From an uncultured delta proteobacterium (GTDB taxonomy: Bacteria; Myxococcota_A; Polyangia; Polyangiales; JAFGIB01), in the NCBI GenBank assembly GCA_963778655.1, contig CAVZVA010000003.1, forward strand, positions 576,001-640,000: 64,000 bases of DNA. Direction: 5' to 3'. Position 1 is the first letter of the stretch, and each line of letters begins with the position of its first letter. Of the stretch, positions 59,150-64,000 are shown in pieces. The notes below the pieces were generated by a model. The model was not told where the DNA came from, ran no database searches, and saw only the letters and a program-made list of their open reading frames with translations. The translations under genes were made by a program, and so were the position numbers.

Positions 59150-60292
59150 TCACGGCTCCCAGCAGAACAGCCGGCATTCGAGCGGGCCGTTCCACAGCGT
59201 GTGCTCGAGCGCGGGGCGCAGGCGCATCGCGCGTGGCAGGCCGCGCGCGTGCGCGAGCACGCACACGCGGTAGCCGCACAGCCGGCGGAAGGCCTCGGCC
59301 AGCTCGCGCTCGAACGCGGCCGAGCTGGCCAGGCGCGCGCCGTAGGGCGGGTTGGTGACCAAGAAGGCGCGCGCGTGCTCCTTGTGCAGCGCGCGTGCGT
59401 CGGCGCGGGCGAAGCTGAGCTCGACGCCCGCGCGGGCGGCGTTGGCGCGCGCGTCGCGCAGCGCACCCTCGTCGAGGTCGCGGGCTGCGATCGGCGGCGC
59501 CTCGCGCGCAGGGCGCACGCCCGCCGCCGCTTCCTCTCGCAGCTCGCGGAGCTGCCGCCGCTGTGCCGCGTCGTGGCAAGCCCAGCGCTCGAAGCCGAAG
59601 CGCGCCCGCAGCGAGCCCGGCGCGATCGCGCGCGCCCACATCGCCGCCTCGATCGCGAGCGTGCCGGCGCCGCACATCGGGTCGATCAGCGGCGCCTCGC
59701 GATCCCAGCCGCTCAGGCGCACGATCGCCGCCGCCAGCGTCTCCTTGAGCGGCGCCTCGCCCGCCTGCGTCCGGTAGCCGCGCGCGTGTAGCGACGCGCC
59801 TGCGACGTCGAGCGAGACCGTGGCGCGCTCGCCCACCCAGTGCAGCGCCACGCGTACGTCGGGGTCGCGGCGGTCCACGCTCGGCCGCGCGCCCAACCGC
59901 TCGCGCAGCCGATCCACGATCGCGTCCTTGACGCGCTGGGCCGCGAAGGCCGAGCTGCCGACCGCGGCATCGCGGATCTGCGCGTCCACGGCCAGCGTGC
60001 GGCGCACGTCGAGCACACGTTCCCACGGCAGCGCGCGCACCCCTTCGTAGAGCGCGTCGTGGTCGGGCGCGCACAGGCTGGCCTCGCGCTGCAGCACGCG
60101 CACGGCGATGCGACTTTCCATGCAGGCGCGCATCGCGCAGGCGAAGTCGCCGCCGAAGTACACGCCGCCGCGCGCCGCCTTGACCCGCGGCAGCCGCAGC
60201 TCCTTGAGCTCGTCGCGCAACAGTCCCTCGGTGCCCTTGGCGGCGGTGGCGAAGAACGGTCGTTCGGGATCGTCGCTGGGATGCTGCGACAC
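59150..60292 (-). CDS. THUMP-domain RNA methyltransferase (RlmL-like)
   Basis: FATAAKGTEGLL, SLHARGYR, APLKETLAAA, DPMCGAGT, TNPPYGARL and NGPLEC motifs. Confidence 0.9.
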   Translation of the reverse strand: MSQHPSDDPERPFFATAAKGTEGLLRDELKELRLPRVKAARGGVYFGGDFACAMRACMESRIAVRVLQREASLCAPDHDALYEGVRALPWERVLDVRRTLAVDAQIRDAAVGSSAFAAQRVKDAIVDRLRERLGARPSVDRRDPDVRVALHWVGERATVSLDVAGASLHARGYRTQAGEAPLKETLAAAIVRLSGWDREAPLIDPMCGAGTLAIEAAMWARAIAPGSLRARFGFERWACHDAAQRRQLRELREEAAAGVRPAREAPPIAARDLDEGALRDARANAARAGVELSFARADARALHKEHARAFLVTNPPYGARLASSAAFERELAEAFRRLCGYRVCVLAHARGLPRAMRLRPALEHTLWNGPLECRLFCWEP

Positions 60293-60421
60293 GGCGGCGC
60301 GAGCATGGGGCGCTTTGCCGCGCTGCTCAAGTCGCGCGCCGTGACGCACGCGGCCTCGCGGTTGCGAGCGCTCGGGCCGCCCCCTATCCTGTTGCCGCGT
60401 GGGGAGATGGGTAGCGCCGCG

Positions 60422-61516
60422 ATGAGCCAGCCGCAGACCACGTTCGAGCCTCGTGACCGCAGCGCAACCATGACGGCGTTCCCGCTGCTGGTCGTGTTTG
60501 CGCTGGCCGCCGGCTGCAGCGGCAGCGGCCGCAACGCGCACGGCGGCGGCGACGGGGGCAGCGACGCGGGCGCGGGCGAGCCCTGGCAGCTGGTGTTCGA
60601 GCACCTCAGCGGCTCGCTGATGTCGGTCGACGGAACGGGCCCCGACGACGTCTGGGCGGTGGGCGCGGACACGCGCGACGGCAAGGGCGCCCAGGTGCTG
60701 CGCTTCGACGGCACGCAGTGGACGCGCGAGGATGCGGGCGTGCAGGCCGACCTGTGGTGGGTGCACGTGTTCGGCCCGAGCTCGGTGATGCTCGGCGGCA
60801 CCAAGGGCACGATCGTGCGCTACGACGGCAGCAGCTTCACCCAGCAGGACACGCCGGCGATGCGCACCGTCTACGGCATCTGGGGCGCGTCGGAAGACGA
60901 CGTGTGGGCCGTGGGCGGCGAGCCGGACGCGGAGCCGGGCTTCGTGTGGCGCTACGATGGCAGCAGCTGGACCGACCAGAGCGACATGCTGCCGAGCGAG
61001 GTCAAGGGCACCTCGCTGTTCAAGGTGTGGGGCCGCAGCGCCGACGACGTGTGGATCGTGGGCGTGGACGGCGTGGCCGTGCACTGGGACGGCAGTCAGC
61101 TGCAAGCCGCGGATTCGGACAGCCAGGAGCGGTTGTTCACCGTGCACGGCGGCCCCAGCGGCGAGCAGCTAGTCGCGGTCGGCGGCGACGCCGGGGGAAT
61201 CATCGTCGAATACGATGGCACAACCTGGCACAAGGTGACGCCCAACCCGACGCCGACCCAGCTCTTCGGCGTCTTCATGACCGGCACCAACCGAGGCTTT
61301 GCCGTGGGTTACGACGGGATTGTGCTGCAGCGCGACGCCACGGCATGGAAAGTGCTAGACACAGGCGTGGAGCTGTCCAACCCGCTGCACGCAGTGTGGG
61401 TCGACTCGGCGGGCGGCTTCTGGGCCGTCGGTGGCGACATCAACAGCGGACCGGCTCCGGTCGACGGGATGCTGCTGCACAGGGGCATGAAGGTCAGCCA
61501 TGAGATTGCACCGTGA
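60422..61516 (+). CDS. Beta-propeller lipoprotein (DDVWAVG / YDG..W repeats)
   Basis: Lipobox LAAGC; repeated WG...DDVWAVG...YDG..W blades. Confidence 0.8.
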   Translation: MSQPQTTFEPRDRSATMTAFPLLVVFALAAGCSGSGRNAHGGGDGGSDAGAGEPWQLVFEHLSGSLMSVDGTGPDDVWAVGADTRDGKGAQVLRFDGTQWTREDAGVQADLWWVHVFGPSSVMLGGTKGTIVRYDGSSFTQQDTPAMRTVYGIWGASEDDVWAVGGEPDAEPGFVWRYDGSSWTDQSDMLPSEVKGTSLFKVWGRSADDVWIVGVDGVAVHWDGSQLQAADSDSQERLFTVHGGPSGEQLVAVGGDAGGIIVEYDGTTWHKVTPNPTPTQLFGVFMTGTNRGFAVGYDGIVLQRDATAWKVLDTGVELSNPLHAVWVDSAGGFWAVGGDINSGPAPVDGMLLHRGMKVSHEIAP

Positions 61517-62702
61517 GTCGAAACGGACGAGCGCGGCGGCCCGCTGCGGCGTGGCGCTGCTGCTGTGTGCGAGTGGCTGTGCGGCCGATGCCGCCCGCTG
61601 CCCGGACGCGACCGGCGTGGTCTGCACCTGGGCCGGCAACGGCAAGCTCGGCTTCAACGGCGACGGCCAGGCGCTGACCGAATCCGACTTCTACTGGCCG
61701 ATCGACCTCACCATCGATCAAGACCTCGGGACCTATATCGTCGACTGGAACAACCACCGCGTACGCAAGGTGACGAAGAAGGGCACGCTCGAGACGGTGA
61801 TCGGTACCGATTTCGTCGGCGACGGTCCCGACGACCTCTCCGATCAGCAGCCGCCGGGCGCCCCGGGCACCGACGTCAACCTCAACCACCCGACCGAGAT
61901 CGTGCCGATGCCGGACGGCACCATGACGCTGGTGGCCTGGCACAACCACAAGCTGCGCCGCTACGACCCGCGCACGGGGCTGGTCACGGTGAGCTGCGGC
62001 GGAGCACCCGGCTTCAGCGGCGACGGCGGCTCCGCGCGCAAGGCCAAGCTCAATCAACCGAGCCAGCTCGCGGTCAGCGACGACGGCGTGCAGTACGTGC
62101 TCGACCAGCGCAACCAGGTGATCCGCCGCATCGACGCCGACGACGTGATCACCACGCTGGCCGGAACGCCGGTCACGCCCGGCTTCGCGGGCGACGGCGG
62201 ACCGGCCGATCAGGCCGAGCTGAGCTTCCCCGCCGGCTCCAATCCGCAGCCCGCAGGCGGGTTGGCGCTCGACGGCAAGGGCAAGCTGTATGTAGCGGAC
62301 ACGCTCAACAATCGCATCCGCGTGATCGATCTGGAGAGCGGCGAGATCACCACCGTCGCGGGCACCGGCGAGGCCGGCTTCGGCGGCGACGGCGGGCCAG
62401 CGCTGTCGGCCAAGCTCAACTCCCCGCACAAGCTCACCTTCGGCCCGGACGGGCGGCTGTACGTGGGCGATCAGCTCAACAACCGCATCCGCGCCATCGA
62501 CCTGAAGAAGGGCACGATCACGACGGTCGCCGGCAACGGCAAGCAGGGCTTCAACGGCGACGGCATGCCGCCCGAGGACACCCAGCTCAACAAGCCCATC
62601 GGCGTCAGCTTCGACCAGGACGGCGCGATGTACGTCATCGACACCTACAACTCGCGGATTCGGCGTGTGTTGCCCGCGCAGAGCAAGGCGGGGGCACCAT
62701 GA
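61500..62702 (+). CDS. NHL-repeat lipoprotein
   Basis: Lipobox ASGC; repeated GF.GDGGPA...LN.P...Y.AD..N.RIR. Confidence 0.85.
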   Translation: MRLHRESKRTSAAARCGVALLLCASGCAADAARCPDATGVVCTWAGNGKLGFNGDGQALTESDFYWPIDLTIDQDLGTYIVDWNNHRVRKVTKKGTLETVIGTDFVGDGPDDLSDQQPPGAPGTDVNLNHPTEIVPMPDGTMTLVAWHNHKLRRYDPRTGLVTVSCGGAPGFSGDGGSARKAKLNQPSQLAVSDDGVQYVLDQRNQVIRRIDADDVITTLAGTPVTPGFAGDGGPADQAELSFPAGSNPQPAGGLALDGKGKLYVADTLNNRIRVIDLESGEITTVAGTGEAGFGGDGGPALSAKLNSPHKLTFGPDGRLYVGDQLNNRIRAIDLKKGTITTVAGNGKQGFNGDGMPPEDTQLNKPIGVSFDQDGAMYVIDTYNSRIRRVLPAQSKAGAP

Positions 62703-64000
62703 CGGCTCGTGCTGGAAGAGGGCTTGCGCTGACGGCGGCGCTTTGGCTGTTGGGCGGCTGCGCGGCCAACAGCGGCGGCGGCGATGCCATGCAGGGGTGC
62801 GGCGGCGACGACGGCACGATCTGCACGTATATGGGCACCGGCGAGGCCGCGCTCGGCATGGACGGCTTGCCCCCGCTCGAGGTCGCGCTGTATCTGCCGC
62901 AGGATCTGACCTTCGGCCCGGACGGCAAGCCGTACGTGCTCGACTGGAACAACCACCGCGTGCGCACCGTGACCGACGGCAAGGTCGAGACCATCATCGG
63001 CACCGGCGAGCTCGGCGACGCACCGGACGGCCCCGCGCTGCGCGCTTCGCTCAACCACCCCACCCACGTCAGCTTCGACGATCAGGGCCGCCTGATCATG
63101 TCGGCCTGGCACAACTCGAAGGTGATGCGCTACGACTTCAGCACCAAGCTGCTGACCACGCTGTGCGGCGACGGCAAGCGGGACTACGGCGGAGACGACG
63201 GCCCGGCGAGCAAGGCCATCCTCGACCTGCCCACGGCGACTGCGTTCGACAGCCAGGGGCGCATGCTGATCATGGATCAAGGCAATCAGCGCATCCGCCG
63301 GGTCGACGAGAATGACATCATCACCACCATCGTGGGGCCGAACAAAGACTTCGAGCCGATGCCGGACGGGCTGGAGAAGGTCTGCGCAGACGACCCGGAC
63401 ACCGGCGCACAGAGCTGCAAGCTGTGCTTGCCTGCCGAGGCGGCCGATCCGATGTGTACGGCGCAGAAACCCCAGGGCTTCGCCGGCGATGGGGGGCCCG
63501 CGACGCAGGCGTTGATGTACCAGCGCTACAGCCAGGCGGCCGATCCCGAAGGCCGCATGGAGATCGCCCCCGACGACACGCTGTACTTCTGCGACACCGG
63601 CAACAACCGCGTGCGTGCGGTCAGCCCGGACGGGATCATCACCACCGTGGCGGGCAGCGGGCCGGACCACTACGACCCCACCTTCAAGGGCGGCTATTCC
63701 GGCGACGGCGGACCGGCGACCGAGGCGCTGCTCAAGAACCCGATCGACGTGGCGGTGGGCAAGAACAAGGTGCTCTTCATCGCCGACACGCAGAACAGCT
63801 GTGTACGCAAGGTCGACACCAAGGGCATCATCAGCACCATCGCCGGCAAGTGCGGCAAGCGCGGCTTCGCCGGCGACGGCGGCCCCGCGAGCAAGGCGCT
63901 GCTCGATCGGCCCTACGGCGTCACCCTCGACAAGCACGGCAATCTCTACATCGCCGACACGCACAACCACCGCATCCGCGTGGTCTACGGCGTGGAGTAG
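62699..64000 (+). CDS. NHL-repeat lipoprotein (paralog of the upstream gene)
   Basis: ATGA overlap; lipobox LGGC; GDGGPA and AWHN motifs; ends TAG at 64000. Confidence 0.85.
   Translation: MTARAGRGLALTAALWLLGGCAANSGGGDAMQGCGGDDGTICTYMGTGEAALGMDGLPPLEVALYLPQDLTFGPDGKPYVLDWNNHRVRTVTDGKVETIIGTGELGDAPDGPALRASLNHPTHVSFDDQGRLIMSAWHNSKVMRYDFSTKLLTTLCGDGKRDYGGDDGPASKAILDLPTATAFDSQGRMLIMDQGNQRIRRVDENDIITTIVGPNKDFEPMPDGLEKVCADDPDTGAQSCKLCLPAEAADPMCTAQKPQGFAGDGGPATQALMYQRYSQAADPEGRMEIAPDDTLYFCDTGNNRVRAVSPDGIITTVAGSGPDHYDPTFKGGYSGDGGPATEALLKNPIDVAVGKNKVLFIADTQNSCVRKVDTKGIISTIAGKCGKRGFAGDGGPASKALLDRPYGVTLDKHGNLYIADTHNHRIRVVYGVE

Overview
This is a very GC-rich bacterial window, most likely from Myxococcota (Polyangia-like). 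That assignment is an inference from the many lipoproteins with DAG/Gly-Thr linkers, the Hanks-type Ser/Thr kinases, a MYXO-CTERM-like tail and a TIGR02147-like gene. Most genes are housekeeping or lipid-catabolic (aroA, ilvD, pyk, typA, tesB, thiolase, an acyl-CoA dehydrogenase pair, SDRs, BVMO, thpR, an RlmL-like methyltransferase). Six elements stand out. (1) An MNIO/DUF692 RiPP-type locus (3815-7325, minus) has a lipoprotein precursor carrying (G)EGSC(G/S) motifs, followed by an internal terminator, the MNIO, a DUF2063-like partner and an exported gluzincin peptidase. (2) A ~215-bp non-coding element occurs in three copies (39166-41190) with nested stems and compensatory substitutions; two inverted copies bracket a two-gene cassette of unknown function. 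(3) A family 1 encapsulin plus encapsulated ferritin lies downstream of a DUF2239 gene whose near-consensus promoter is overlapped by two TACCCGGGT(A/G) palindromes. (4) An AT-rich leader precedes a TIGR02147-like gene and two lipoproteins. (5) A deletion scar joins the 3' ends of an aconitase and a LysR gene. Several single-base frameshifts are also present and may be assembly errors. No rRNA, tRNA, CRISPR array or transposase was recognised. All family calls come from motif recognition by eye, not database searches.
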